Assembly (NCBI GenBank): GCA_020723065.1
Contig: DYJP01000003.1
Location: 195-64,194, forward strand
Reading direction: 5' to 3'
DNA from: Candidatus Micrarchaeum sp.
GTDB taxonomy: Archaea > Micrarchaeota > Micrarchaeia > CABMEP01
DNA length: 64,000 nucleotides
The position numbers and the translations under genes are program-made. The notes under the pieces are model-generated. The model searched no databases, was not told the origin of the DNA, and saw nothing but the letters and a program-made list of their open reading frames with translations. Below, piece after piece: positions 9,416-19,291 of the stretch (position 1 is its first letter; each line of letters starts with the position of its first letter).

Positions 9416-10906
9416 TCACTGGAACGCTACTTCTCCTCCTGCGAAATCCACATGAGTGACTCTCGCGTTATGTAAATCGTAAACCCCGATTATCGCCGGA
9501 GTCGGACTGAACCCTCGCCTGAGCTGCCACGGAGTGGTCTTATCTATCCAAGTCCCCCCATTCATAATCGCGCAGCCCCTGTACTCTCCATACCCTATCT
9601 TATGCACATGCGCAGTCAAGAAAAGGTCTGACTCCTCCACAAACATATAATCCTTATGCTCTGGGGCCATAATGCTCTTATCGAATATTGGAGAAAGATT
9701 TCTTCTCTTGAGAAGTTCTATTGCGATTTCAGCGGGCTTTGAAAGAGTCAATCCCGAAACATCCTGCACAAGAGATTCCATAGTATATCCGTGATACATC
9801 TGCGTCTTGAATCCCTCTATGTTCATGAAGGCAGGATTCCCGACTGAATGGATTCTTCCGTCATCCTGAAGAATGTCCTTTTGGAGCGCAGGCTGCGGCT
9901 CCGCGCGCCTGACAGCGTCATGATTTCCGGGAATGGCGATTATCTCTATGTGATCCGGGACCAGTTCCATGAACTGGTTGAGCAGCTTGTACTGGTCGTA
10001 GATGTCCTTTATTACGAGCTCCTTGTCTTGGTTCGGATAAATACCTATCCCATCCACAAGATCGCCACCTATTAAAAGATAACCAACTTTCTCCGCAAGC
10101 TCCTTTCCTGGCCCGTTTCCATTGAGCCATTTAAGCATGTTCTCGAAATTCTTTGACAAGAAATGTGCACTTCCGATATGCAAGTCGGAAACGTATGCAA
10201 TCGCAATGTCCTTTTCTACCCTCTTCTTGTCCCTGAAAGGCATGTCTGGCCAAATTATGTCATGGACTATGTTGAGATTGGTGCCTATCCTTACGTCTAT
10301 TGCTATTACCTCGTCGTGTATCACTTTCATGCTCTTCTCATAGGTCTCCTTCCCTTCCTTCTGGTTGTTGAGCACCAGTACGGTCGTTACCCCGGACATG
10401 TCCTCTATCTCGAGCATGACATGCTTGTTCTTGGTTATTATCTTCTTTGAGACTATCGCAATCACTCTTAAGGTATCTCCTGGCTTTGCACTTGAAAGTC
10501 GTTCTATGTCCGTTATGGGATACTTCATGTTCGCCCTGGAAATAAAAAGTTCCTTGACCTTGTTGTAACGTTCAGAGAAATATTTAACAAAATCGGTCAG
10601 CTCTCCCTTGCACTTAGACTTGCCTGTAATGTCGTGGTCTTCGTATATTCTGAATTCGTGGCCGTATTCCTTTGCAGTGGGGTGAAAATCAGATGCACGC
10701 TTAACTTCTACGAAATCGGGCTTCTTTATCTGATTTGTAACATCCTTTATGTCCGATTCGGATATAAAAACAGATTTCAATTCAGACAATTTTTCGATTA
10801 TGGATCTTATTTCTTCATCAGAAAAGCCATTCAGGGCTTCCGTGGCCCCGGGTTTGAGAAGCTTCTTCTTCTCCCTAAGTAGTTTGTTGATCTCCTTGGT
10901 GTCCAT
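9416..10906 (-). CDS. polB: DNA polymerase D small (exonuclease) subunit DP1
   Basis: SDLHIGS, GDLVDGIGIYPNQ, PGNHDAVRRAEPQP; adjacent to DP2. Confidence 0.96.
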   Translation of the reverse strand: MDTKEINKLLREKKKLLKPGATEALNGFSDEEIRSIIEKLSELKSVFISESDIKDVTNQIKKPDFVEVKRASDFHPTAKEYGHEFRIYEDHDITGKSKCKGELTDFVKYFSERYNKVKELFISRANMKYPITDIERLSSAKPGDTLRVIAIVSKKIITKNKHVMLEIEDMSGVTTVLVLNNQKEGKETYEKSMKVIHDEVIAIDVRIGTNLNIVHDIIWPDMPFRDKKRVEKDIAIAYVSDLHIGSAHFLSKNFENMLKWLNGNGPGKELAEKVGYLLIGGDLVDGIGIYPNQDKELVIKDIYDQYKLLNQFMELVPDHIEIIAIPGNHDAVRRAEPQPALQKDILQDDGRIHSVGNPAFMNIEGFKTQMYHGYTMESLVQDVSGLTLSKPAEIAIELLKRRNLSPIFDKSIMAPEHKDYMFVEESDLFLTAHVHKIGYGEYRGCAIMNGGTWIDKTTPWQLRRGFSPTPAIIGVYDLHNARVTHVDFAGGEVAFQ

Positions 10907-11085
10907 ATGATCAGCTTGATGCTACGCATCAAAAGCACACGCATGAAACGCAGTGCAGATAAGTATAGTATGATTTAAGCGGATGTATTTTTATACTTTC
11001 TTCAAGCCTACTTCCGGTAAAAATAGCAATAAATAAAGATAGTAAAATAAAGCTAAAAAAATGAGTGAAAAAAAGATAAAATAAA

Positions 11086-11349
11086 TCAGTTAGAAATGGA
11101 CTCCAATGCCGACAAGATCTGCCATATCTGGGTCCTTGCGTGCTGCGGAAGGTTGACATCCTCACTCACTTCTTCGACGAAGTAAATTGCTGATCCAGCC
11201 CTGACAGTCGGATCTCCTTTCTCTACGAGTCTTCTCCTTGCTTCTTCTATTGACTTCTTCACATTTCTTGGAACGCTCATGTCCTCGAGCATAAGATCGA
11301 TTAGCGAAACTATCTGGTTTATCTTCTCTTCACTTGAGTTACCTGCCAT
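11086..11349 (-). CDS. UPF0147 family protein
   Basis: D.SVPRNV, DVNLPQHARTQIWQILSALE. Confidence 0.9.
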   Translation of the reverse strand: MAGNSSEEKINQIVSLIDLMLEDMSVPRNVKKSIEEARRRLVEKGDPTVRAGSAIYFVEEVSEDVNLPQHARTQIWQILSALESISN

Positions 11350-11395
11350 AAGATCACCATTTTGCAGCACAAATGCTGATTAATTTAAATATAAG

Positions 11396-11553
11396 CGGGC
11401 CTGGAGGGATTCGAACCCTCGACCTTCAGCTCACTTCGAAACTTCTTTAACAAAGAAGTTTCATCAAGAAAGATTCTTTCTTTTTGATGAAACTTTTTCT
11501 CTGAAAAAGTTTCTTAGAAGGCTGCCGCTCTATCCAGGCTGAGCTACAGGCCC
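11396..11553 (-). tRNA. tRNA-Arg(TCT) with 83-nt intron at 37/38 (intron 11432-11514)
   Basis: GGGCCTG/CAGGCCC acceptor, GGTTCGAATCC T-arm, anticodon TCT at 11518-11516; BHB central helix CTTC/GAAG with two 3-nt bulges; mature length 75 nt. Confidence 0.95.
11432..11514. repeat. Inverted double-hairpin palindromic element forming the tRNA-Arg intron
   Basis: GAAACTTCTTT-AAC-AAAGAAGTTTC ATCAAGAAAG att CTTTCTTTTTGAT GAAACTTTTTC-TCT-GAAAAAGTTTC; homologous to 45223-45315. Confidence 0.85.
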
Positions 11554-11669
11554 AACTATGAATAGTGCACTAAATGTTAGATAAAACAAACAGAAGCACC
11601 AGATAAATATTGACTATTTAAATTTAAAAAGATTTGCTGAAACTCACTTCTCATTTTTAAAATAAAAAT

Positions 11670-12194
11670 CTATCTTTTTCTTGAATTGTATGCGGCGACT
11701 ATGATATCTGCAAGCTGCTCTGGGGAGAAGTGTTCTGTATTGATCTGGATATCAAAATTGGAATGAACGAAAATGTCGACTGCGTACAACGCCATGTACC
11801 TGCCTCTGTTGTGCATGTCCCTCTCTATGACATGCTTAAGCGCCTTACTCTTGCTCATGTCATCTCTTACGGAAATCCTTTCCGCCCTTACTTTCGGAGA
11901 AGCTTCGAGCCAGACCTTGAGTGCCGCATCCGGAATAAGCCAGGGGCCGAGCCAGGTGGAAATCACCGAATCCTGCTTCCTTGCCTCCTTTATGATTATG
12001 TGATCAAATTCCTTGTCTATCGTAAGGTCCTTCTCCACATAGGCTTGATATTCCATTAAGGAAATTCCCTTCTGCTTCGCGGCATCCTTGAATGAAAGCT
12101 TTACCCTGCTAAAGCCTAGCTTCTTTGCCACCAGATCGGAAACAGTGTCCTTTCCGGAACCCACTAAGCCGCTTATGCAGATAATCTCAACCAT
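11670..12194 (-). CDS. cmk: Cytidylate kinase, archaeal type
   Basis: P-loop SGLVGSGKDT, KVWLEAS..VRAERI; conserved position after adk and DUF106. Confidence 0.9.
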   Translation of the reverse strand: MVEIICISGLVGSGKDTVSDLVAKKLGFSRVKLSFKDAAKQKGISLMEYQAYVEKDLTIDKEFDHIIIKEARKQDSVISTWLGPWLIPDAALKVWLEASPKVRAERISVRDDMSKSKALKHVIERDMHNRGRYMALYAVDIFVHSNFDIQINTEHFSPEQLADIIVAAYNSRKR

Positions 12195-12238
12195 ACCACC
12201 ACTTCAATAAGATAAGTTCTACAGATAGGTTTTTAGAG

Positions 12239-12739
12239 CTATTTCTTGCTTTCGTTTAAAGATGCCTTACTCTTGTTAAGCTGGCCTAAAACTAACTGCG
12301 TAAAACCACCAAGCAAAACAAACGACAGCCAGAACCAACCATAGGCCCCGAAAGTATCCCTCCAACTTATCTCAAAAAAGGTCGGCCTAAAAGGAATAGG
12401 GAGCTGGAACGGAAGTGTAATCATAAATGAAGAAAACGCGCTCTGCACCAATCCTGGAACTACTAAAGCAAACGGAAGCAGTATCGCCATTGACTTCATC
12501 TGAAGAACCAGTATCTCGAAGGTCGACTTCTGCGACTCCTTGAGCTTCGGCTCAAGCTCATCCAGCTTCTTCATATCCTTTTTGGAAAGGGCCTTAAAGT
12601 ATTCCTTGTTCAGCTCGTTGTTAGCCTTCTGAATCTCCTGAAGCCTTGTACTGATGTTGAGCTTCTTGAGAATGAACGTAATGGACAGCGATGAAGCTAT
12701 TGCAAGTGCCGAAATTGCAGCTGATATTATTGGATCCAT
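12239..12739 (-). CDS. DUF106 / EMC3-TMCO1 (Oxa1 superfamily) membrane protein
   Basis: TM-coiled coil-TM-TM layout, GWFWL; synteny between adk and cmk. Confidence 0.82.
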   Translation of the reverse strand: MDPIISAAISALAIASSLSITFILKKLNISTRLQEIQKANNELNKEYFKALSKKDMKKLDELEPKLKESQKSTFEILVLQMKSMAILLPFALVVPGLVQSAFSSFMITLPFQLPIPFRPTFFEISWRDTFGAYGWFWLSFVLLGGFTQLVLGQLNKSKASLNESKK

Positions 12740-12840
12740 AATTTCACCATCAATCAATTTTTCTATCTTTTTAGCATATCCCTAATTAATAGTAGGAATT
12801 TTGCATATTTAATACTTTCTTGCGGACTAGATGTTGCCGT

Positions 12841-13401
12841 TTATTCCCATCCGAGATTCTTAAGCACGTGCTCGAACTCCTCCACAGTATCATCAATCTT
12901 ACCCTTCCTGTTTATGAGTATGAACACTGGCTTCTTTGTCGCCGCAGAATAGCCTGTTATGTTCGAAAAGGAAGCGGATCTTATTCCGTTTAGCTCTTCC
13001 GCAGTCATTGCTGGCCTTGTTCTCTTTTGGTCACCCAGCCTCCTGTCTATTATATCCTTAGTCGGAGCGTCTATGAATACAAACCCCTCTATCCCTTCCT
13101 TCTCCAAAAGCTCCGGCGCAAGACCGGGAAGAAATCCTGTCGGTTTCTTTAGGACCGCGTGAGTATCCAGTATGACCATCCTGCCGGTGTCGATCGACTT
13201 TATTGCTTCTTTCTGGATGGCCAGGTGGTCCTTCATTGGAAGTTCTACTATCTTGTCCCTGTCCTGAAGACTGAACCTCTTCTTTGCAGAAAGGAAAAGG
13301 AGGTCTCCGTAGTTTATAATCTTGACTTTAGGATGCCTCGCCGTAATCTCTTTGAGAACAGAAGACTTGCCAACTCCTGGCAAACCCATTACTATCAGCA
13401 T
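12841..13401 (-). CDS. adkA: Adenylate kinase, archaeal type
   Basis: GLPGVGKSS, NYGD, LDTHA....GFLPGL; follows secY. Confidence 0.92.
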   Translation of the reverse strand: MLIVMGLPGVGKSSVLKEITARHPKVKIINYGDLLFLSAKKRFSLQDRDKIVELPMKDHLAIQKEAIKSIDTGRMVILDTHAVLKKPTGFLPGLAPELLEKEGIEGFVFIDAPTKDIIDRRLGDQKRTRPAMTAEELNGIRSASFSNITGYSAATKKPVFILINRKGKIDDTVEEFEHVLKNLGWE

Positions 13402-13458
13402 CTATATCACTCAGTTAGTCTAAACGCGCTAAACGCAAAAGATAAAAGAAAAAACAAT

Positions 13459-14901
13459 TTATCCCTCGAGAAATTTCTGCAATGCAGGGTTCGTCGCAAA
13501 AAGATTTTGCTGCTTGAAATCATCGTAAAACTTGTAGATTATTCCCACTGTAAGGAGTATGCCTGTTCCAGTTCCTATCGCTCCCGTGACGTCTGCAAGC
13601 ACTGCAAGGAACCCTACAAATGCACTTCCCAGTATCGCAATTGTCGTAATGTATTTGTCAAGAAGCTGTTCGATAATTCTCGGATCGGACCTGAATCCGG
13701 GCACGGACATTCCAGTGCTAGTGATCTGGGATGCAACCGCAGATGCCGACATGTTGGATGCCTCCATCCAGAACCTTCCGAATATGACACACATAATAAT
13801 ATAAGTGATCATGTAAACTATTATATGTACTATCTCGGGTATTCCGAATATTGGGGTGGACCCGGAGATGGTGGCAAGATATCCTTCGTAAGAACCCACA
13901 TACAACGGGTTGGTTATAGAGGATATCATGTAAAGCATCCCATCTACGAGCTGGCCGTTTGCATTGACCACTCCTATGTACTGGAGAACGTCAACATCGC
14001 CAATCATAAAAGTGTTTCCAAATAACAACGCCCTAGCAAGAAGCTGTATATTCATGAGCAGCGCAGATGTCAGGATCACTGGAAGGACTGAAACGTAAAG
14101 AAGCTTCACAGGGAACCTTGTTCCGAATCCCCTAAACGAAAGCGGAATCTCCACTTTAACTCCTTCAGCATAAACTGAAAGCCCAACTATAACAAACATG
14201 AAAATTATTGGCAAGAATGCAAGAAGCGCCGACGGTATTGCACCCGATCCTCCTGCGGAAAGTCTGCCAATCACTGTCTGGGTCGCATCTATCCCATGCC
14301 CTCCAAATATAAGCGAAAAGCTACCCTGCACCACTGCAAGAGAAACTCCTGCTGCAATAAAAAGGGAAATTCCAGAACCTATTCCATACTTTGACACCAC
14401 TTCATCAAGGAATATCAATAATATAGACGTGAAAGCGATCTGCGCTATGATCAACCCCATCGCAAGACCAGCGTTTCCAAATCTGGGATCCGGCCCTATA
14501 TAGACTCCGGGAAGAACGAACAACATAGTCTCTATTATTGCTAATACAATCGCAAAGACCTTCTGAGTCGCAGTGAATCTCCTTTTATCTATCGGATCAC
14601 TGGGATTGAAATCTATTAGCTTAGCACCAGCAAAAAGCTGCAAGAATATAGATGCCATTATGATCGGACCTATACCTATAGTTAAAAGAGTTCCTGTCCT
14701 GCTTGCGAGAACTGTCTGGATAAATTCAACAAAGCTTCCTCCAGTCACTTCTCCTCCAAAAGGAACTATATGGTACATTACAAAGAAAAGTAAAAGGACC
14801 AGCGCGGTCCAGAAAAATTTTTCATTGAGAGGTATAGCCCTCGACGGGGATTGCACCTCGGGCAAAAACGGCATTACTGGTTCAATGAATTTAAGATTCA
14901 A
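13459..14901 (-). CDS. secY: Preprotein translocase SecY/Sec61alpha (TTG start)
   Basis: GIGPIIMASIFLQL, GIGSGISLFIAA, PGFRSDP, GTGILLTV; SD GAGGTGA. Confidence 0.97.
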   Translation of the reverse strand: MNLKFIEPVMPFLPEVQSPSRAIPLNEKFFWTALVLLLFFVMYHIVPFGGEVTGGSFVEFIQTVLASRTGTLLTIGIGPIIMASIFLQLFAGAKLIDFNPSDPIDKRRFTATQKVFAIVLAIIETMLFVLPGVYIGPDPRFGNAGLAMGLIIAQIAFTSILLIFLDEVVSKYGIGSGISLFIAAGVSLAVVQGSFSLIFGGHGIDATQTVIGRLSAGGSGAIPSALLAFLPIIFMFVIVGLSVYAEGVKVEIPLSFRGFGTRFPVKLLYVSVLPVILTSALLMNIQLLARALLFGNTFMIGDVDVLQYIGVVNANGQLVDGMLYMISSITNPLYVGSYEGYLATISGSTPIFGIPEIVHIIVYMITYIIMCVIFGRFWMEASNMSASAVASQITSTGMSVPGFRSDPRIIEQLLDKYITTIAILGSAFVGFLAVLADVTGAIGTGTGILLTVGIIYKFYDDFKQQNLFATNPALQKFLEG

Positions 14902-14968
14902 TTACTTCACCTCTAATGAAACTAGTTGCTACTGAATAGTAATCAATTCGTTGTGAAAAAAATAAAAA

Positions 14969-15412
14969 TTATTCAACCTGCTTTTCGGCCTTGACTTCGA
15001 GCTTTCCGCCAGACTTCTCTATCTTGGCCCTTGCAGACTCTGTCGCAACCACTGCCTTAACATGGACTGGCACCGATATGGAGCCCGCACCCAAGACCTT
15101 TCCCGGAAACTCAAAGACGTACATGTTGCCTGACTTTTCAAGCTTACCCGCTGTCGCCTTGTCCGCGATATCACTGACATTTATTGTATTAAGCTTCGGA
15201 GATGCGTTCTTATTAACAAATCCGTGCCTTCCGAAATGCTCTGGCTCATTCTTGAGTATCCATGCCCAGCGATGCTTGTGCGCGCCTGCATACCCCTTTC
15301 CTCCTCTGCTTCCCTTTCCTCTTCTATTCTTTGTATTGCCTGCGCCGCAAGTCCTGCTTGCTAAGAATTTTTTCCATTTTCCTTGCTTTCTTCTGACCAT
15401 ATAAGTCACCAT
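14969..15412 (-). CDS. rpl15: 50S ribosomal protein uL15
   Basis: RGKGSRGGKGYAG..KH, GKVLGAG. Confidence 0.95.
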   Translation of the reverse strand: MVTYMVRRKQGKWKKFLASRTCGAGNTKNRRGKGSRGGKGYAGAHKHRWAWILKNEPEHFGRHGFVNKNASPKLNTINVSDIADKATAGKLEKSGNMYVFEFPGKVLGAGSISVPVHVKAVVATESARAKIEKSGGKLEVKAEKQVE

Positions 15413-15458
15413 GACTAATAATATAATACAAAATTATATCCATAAATATTTGACAGGA

Positions 15459-15887
15459 TTACATCATCCTCTTCAGAAGATCTACCATATTATCTCTCGG
15501 GCCCAACGCTCCCTTCGGGAATCTGAGCTTTACATTCCCCCAACCCTTTCTTGGAGAGTGAAGCCTGAAGACTGGTTTAATTTTTACCTCTTCTCCCGCT
15601 TCTATTCCCTTGATTATAGTAGAAACTTCCTTATTGTCGACTTTCTTGTCGCCCGGAAGCCTTCCCCTCTTGGCTACAAGATCTGAAAGAGAATCAGAAG
15701 TTATCTCTCCCCATGTCACGTAGTCCTGGCACACTCTAAGCATTCCCTCGAGAGACTTTGTCATCTTCGGGTATACCACGCAGTGGTGTTTCTTGTGAAG
15801 CCTGAGAAGCTCCATTGTCTTTCTGATATCCGGCTTTATTCCGGCAACACCACGAACACGAACTATTGCAATAACCATATCCATCAC
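15459..15887 (-). CDS. rpl30: 50S ribosomal protein uL30
   Basis: VRVRG, DYVTWGE, PVFRLHSPRKG. Confidence 0.95.
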   Translation of the reverse strand: MMDMVIAIVRVRGVAGIKPDIRKTMELLRLHKKHHCVVYPKMTKSLEGMLRVCQDYVTWGEITSDSLSDLVAKRGRLPGDKKVDNKEVSTIIKGIEAGEEVKIKPVFRLHSPRKGWGNVKLRFPKGALGPRDNMVDLLKRMM

Positions 15888-15908
15888 TCTATTATCATTC
15901 TAAACGGC

Positions 15909-16574
15909 TTATGTGAACTCGTTCTTCACCCTTATCTTATTGAGCTGGTCTAATGCGTCTACCACTGCCATGGAGGTGTTGAACCTGTTCTTAGTTCTTC
16001 CTTCTGCCTTTGTCCATATATCTCTGATTCCTGCGAGCTGGAGAACTCTCTTGACCACTCGGTTTGCAACAATGCCAGTTCCTCTTGGAGCTGGCTTGAG
16101 AGTGATCTTAACTCCTCCGTGCTTTCCTGTAACCTCAATCGGCAATGAATGTCTTGTTGTACAGTTGCACTGCGCAGAACCGCATCCAAGCCAGATATGA
16201 ACTATATTGAGCTTCGCGTCCTTTATCGCAGCCTCTATTGCAGGCCTAACTTCGTCCGCCTTGCCCTGGCCTATCCCCAAGTATTCCTGACCATCCCCTA
16301 CAACCACAACCGCTCTGTACTTCGCCTTTCTTCCAGACTTGGTCATACGCTGAGTTGACGAAAGTTCAATCGTCTCCTGCATAAGGTTAGGGAGAAGAGA
16401 ATCCACTATCTCAGACTCAAGGATCGGTTTACCTGATTTCAAGATGTCGAGAAGGTTAGAAACCTCTTTCGCCTTTACGGCCTTTCCTACAGATGTCTTT
16501 GGATTCCATGAGCTTAATACTTCTGGCTCTACCGCCGATGATCTTTTTTGTCTACCTTTTCTAAGTTTCATCAA
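15909..16574 (-). CDS. rps5: 30S ribosomal protein uS5
   Basis: WNPKT, QRMTKSGR, PAPRGTG. Confidence 0.96.
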   Translation of the reverse strand: MMKLRKGRQKRSSAVEPEVLSSWNPKTSVGKAVKAKEVSNLLDILKSGKPILESEIVDSLLPNLMQETIELSSTQRMTKSGRKAKYRAVVVVGDGQEYLGIGQGKADEVRPAIEAAIKDAKLNIVHIWLGCGSAQCNCTTRHSLPIEVTGKHGGVKITLKPAPRGTGIVANRVVKRVLQLAGIRDIWTKAEGRTKNRFNTSMAVVDALDQLNKIRVKNEFT

Positions 16575-16606
16575 ATCAACCTCATAAAATAATCATAACT
16601 GCAGGA

Positions 16607-17212
16607 TTATTGCTTCTTCACCTTTTGAGAAACTGGCGCGGATTCAATCTGCTTTTTGATGTCATTGAAAAACTTATTAATCTCCTCCGGCTTAATGCCT
16701 GCCTTAATGTAGTGCGAGAACTGCTTCTGATACTTCTCCGAACCTACAATCTGCTTCGCATATTCCGCAATGTGCTTTCCACTGATCCTATCTTCGCTGA
16801 AGCTAATGTCTCCAACTGGAATCTCGAGGCCAGCATCCTTCGCTCCCTTCACCGCAGCGAAGAGAAATGAGCCAACTATCGGAGTATGCAAACCTGAATC
16901 AAGGACCACTGAATTTACACCGACTGCCTTCGCCCTCTTTCCGCAAATATATCCGGTAAGATATGCTGACGGAAGATTAGCAGAAGGCTTCCATTTGTAT
17001 TGAAGAAGCTCCTTGGAGTTAGCGGATGCTAAGACTTCATCGTGTGTCGGTGTGAAGCCAATGCACTGCACGATCACACTCTTATTTGATTTCCTAATTA
17101 TAAGCCTTGGAACTTTGGACTTCAGAAGAGCTAGCCTCTTCCTGTAGTTTGTAAGGTTCTTTCTTCTTCTCTTGAAAGCCAACTTGTAAGTTGGTCCTGT
17201 TGCCTTTGCCAT
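16607..17212 (-). CDS. rpl18: 50S ribosomal protein uL18
   Basis: RRRKNLTNYRKRLALL, NLPSAYLTG. Confidence 0.96.
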   Translation of the reverse strand: MAKATGPTYKLAFKRRRKNLTNYRKRLALLKSKVPRLIIRKSNKSVIVQCIGFTPTHDEVLASANSKELLQYKWKPSANLPSAYLTGYICGKRAKAVGVNSVVLDSGLHTPIVGSFLFAAVKGAKDAGLEIPVGDISFSEDRISGKHIAEYAKQIVGSEKYQKQFSHYIKAGIKPEEINKFFNDIKKQIESAPVSQKVKKQ

Positions 17213-17263
17213 AATTATCACTCACATCGTGTATCCGGTAACAGCCGGATCAATTACTATAAA

Positions 17264-17734
17264 TTACTTCTTGGCGATCTCCTTCGCCTTTATGTACTTC
17301 TTTTCATTGAGGAACATAAGCACACGTGCCTTGTCCGGGAATGCACCTCCTTTAATCTTAAGATAGGTTTCCCTGTATGCCGCATTACTTATAAACATTC
17401 CCTTCATCTTCAAGTTCTTAATGAGCCTTCTCTGCGCCCTGATTCTGTTAAGCCAAACTTTCTTCCCTCCTGCTCTTGCAGAATGAGTTCCTTTTCTTCT
17501 AGAAAACTTGTGCGCCCTTCCCTTCCTTCTTTCCTCATCATGCGCTCTTCCCAACGCCCTTGAGACTCCCTTCTTCTGTTTAACCTTGACAGCTTTCTGC
17601 TTTATCAAAGCGCGAACATCATCTTTTGTGACTGCCTTTTCGATATCTGCAAGTTTTGTCGGATCGTATTTTATCCTGCTAACTCCTGCCTTCAGTATAT
17701 CGGAGGCCATTCTTTTTACGGATGCAATTGACAT
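17264..17734 (-). CDS. rpl19e: 50S ribosomal protein eL19
   Basis: KRMASDILKAG, KGVSR, RIRAQR, KGGAF. Confidence 0.95.
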   Translation of the reverse strand: MSIASVKRMASDILKAGVSRIKYDPTKLADIEKAVTKDDVRALIKQKAVKVKQKKGVSRALGRAHDEERRKGRAHKFSRRKGTHSARAGGKKVWLNRIRAQRRLIKNLKMKGMFISNAAYRETYLKIKGGAFPDKARVLMFLNEKKYIKAKEIAKK

Positions 17735-17769
17735 ATAATTCACCTGATTGAGTATCTTTTAACGCTAGG

Positions 17770-18120
17770 CTAATTCACCTTATTCGCATTAAGCACCGGA
17801 AGCTTGAGATCCTTGGCCTTCTGCATGATGACCGCTCTCTTCTTCGCTCCGACAGCGGATGCGATCCTTATTGCGAGCTTCTCGGATGTCTTCGGAAGAT
17901 TATCCATGTCCTTCATAGATCTAACGAGAACTTCCCTTGCACCTGACGGATGGAAGCCCCTATCATTTCTGGCACTTCTCCATCCTACACTCGGAGTTGC
18001 GCCCATAATCTTTTTATGAACCCTCTTCTTGCTATCTATTCCTCTCGGCTTTCTCCATCTTGCCTTTATTCTCTTCTTTCTACCAAGATTCGGAACATTA
18101 AATTTCGGATGCTTTCTCAT
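17770..18120 (-). CDS. rpl32e: 50S ribosomal protein eL32
   Basis: WRKPRGIDSK, RGFHPSG. Confidence 0.95.
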   Translation of the reverse strand: MRKHPKFNVPNLGRKKRIKARWRKPRGIDSKKRVHKKIMGATPSVGWRSARNDRGFHPSGAREVLVRSMKDMDNLPKTSEKLAIRIASAVGAKKRAVIMQKAKDLKLPVLNANKVN

Positions 18121-18160
18121 GACATAACACCTTTTACATGATTATATATTGCGAATACAA

Positions 18161-18658
18161 TTACTGAATCGAATTATAAATTCCATCCTGGAACACCCTC
18201 GGATCCTTCTCCTTTATATGGGTTGCTGACTTAAGGTTCGCCGCAGTCTGACCTACGGCATACTTGTCCGGACCTGACACCACTATAAACTCCTTCTCCA
18301 CATTAACTTTGGTGTCTCCGACCACCATTGCCTTCCTTGGATTTTTCTCCCCCAAGAAATTCTTAAGTATCATGACTGCCCCCTTCTGCTCTAGAGTGAA
18401 CGGAAAGTGCGCGTAGACCATCTGAAGCTTTATAGTGTAACCTTCGCTCACTCCCTTTATCGCGGACTTCAGGAGGGCCTCAATCGTATTCACTGTCATC
18501 TTGGATAATCCAGAAATTTTTACCTTTCCGCTATTCTGAGTTATCTTGACGTCTTTAAACTTATTTATAACCTTGCCCTTTGGACCACTGACTGTAAAAG
18601 AGTCGCTCTCTATTGTTAATGTAACTCCTGAAGGAATTTCCAAAGTTGTTTCCACCAT
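18161..18658 (-). CDS. rpl6: 50S ribosomal protein uL6
   Basis: YAHFP, NFLGEK, KDPRVFQDGIY. Confidence 0.96.
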   Translation of the reverse strand: MVETTLEIPSGVTLTIESDSFTVSGPKGKVINKFKDVKITQNSGKVKISGLSKMTVNTIEALLKSAIKGVSEGYTIKLQMVYAHFPFTLEQKGAVMILKNFLGEKNPRKAMVVGDTKVNVEKEFIVVSGPDKYAVGQTAANLKSATHIKEKDPRVFQDGIYNSIQ

Positions 18659-18695
18659 ATTAACACCTATAATAAATTTAAATTAGCGCCGCACC

Positions 18696-19076
18696 TTAGT
18701 AAACATATGCGACCAATCTTCCTCCTGTCTTGAGAGACCTGATCTCCTTGTTGGTAACCATTCCCTTTGAAGTGGTTATTATGAGTATTCCAAAGTCCTT
18801 ACTCGGGAGATACTGTTCCTCCGCCTTTCCGATATCAGAGAACTTTATCGGAAATCTCGGCTTGATAACTCCGCAGTAATTGATTGGCCCTATTCCCTTG
18901 ACTAAGAAAAAGTCGGTCGGTCCTTCAGTTACCCGGGTGAACTCTCTGATATAGCCTTCCTTCTGCATGATCTTGAGGACTTCTCCTGTGAAATTCGAAG
19001 CCACTATCTTGCATTCGTCTTTTCCTGCATTTTTATGAACGCGAATTACATTGAGCGCGTTTGCCAATATATCCAT
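18696..19076 (-). CDS. rps8: 30S ribosomal protein uS8
   Basis: MDILANAL start, INYCGVIKPRF, TTSKG, GGRLVAYVY. Confidence 0.96.
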   Translation of the reverse strand: MDILANALNVIRVHKNAGKDECKIVASNFTGEVLKIMQKEGYIREFTRVTEGPTDFFLVKGIGPINYCGVIKPRFPIKFSDIGKAEEQYLPSKDFGILIITTSKGMVTNKEIRSLKTGGRLVAYVY

Positions 19077-19120
19077 ATCATCACTTCCATGATTATTGTC
19101 TAGTAAACATGAATGCGGGA

Positions 19121-19291
19121 TCAACCGAACTTCTTGAATCCGATCGACTCTCCGATCTCTCTGAAACATCTCCTACAAATGTTAAGATTGTACTTCCTTA
19201 TTATGCCTCTAGAAGTCCCGCAGATCTTGCACTTCCTTACTCCTTTCCCACGGTATCTTACTTCTATCGGTCTCTTACTTGTCTTATTCAT
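19121..19291 (-). CDS. rps14: 30S ribosomal protein uS14, Zn-binding type (56 aa; not in ORF track)
   Basis: MNKTSKRP...GKGVRKCKICGTSRGIIRKYNLNICRRCFREIGESIGFKKFG*; start overlaps the uL5 stop. Confidence 0.95.
   Translation of the reverse strand: MNKTSKRPIEVRYRGKGVRKCKICGTSRGIIRKYNLNICRRCFREIGESIGFKKFG

Noticed and set aside
11432..11514. Palindromic repeats as a possible mini-CRISPR
   Set aside because: Units are inverted, have no spacers, sit inside tRNA introns, and no cas genes are present.
17233..17250. Perfect hairpin ATCCGG-N6-CCGGAT between eL19 and uL18
   Set aside because: A single 6-bp stem; too little to call a regulatory element.
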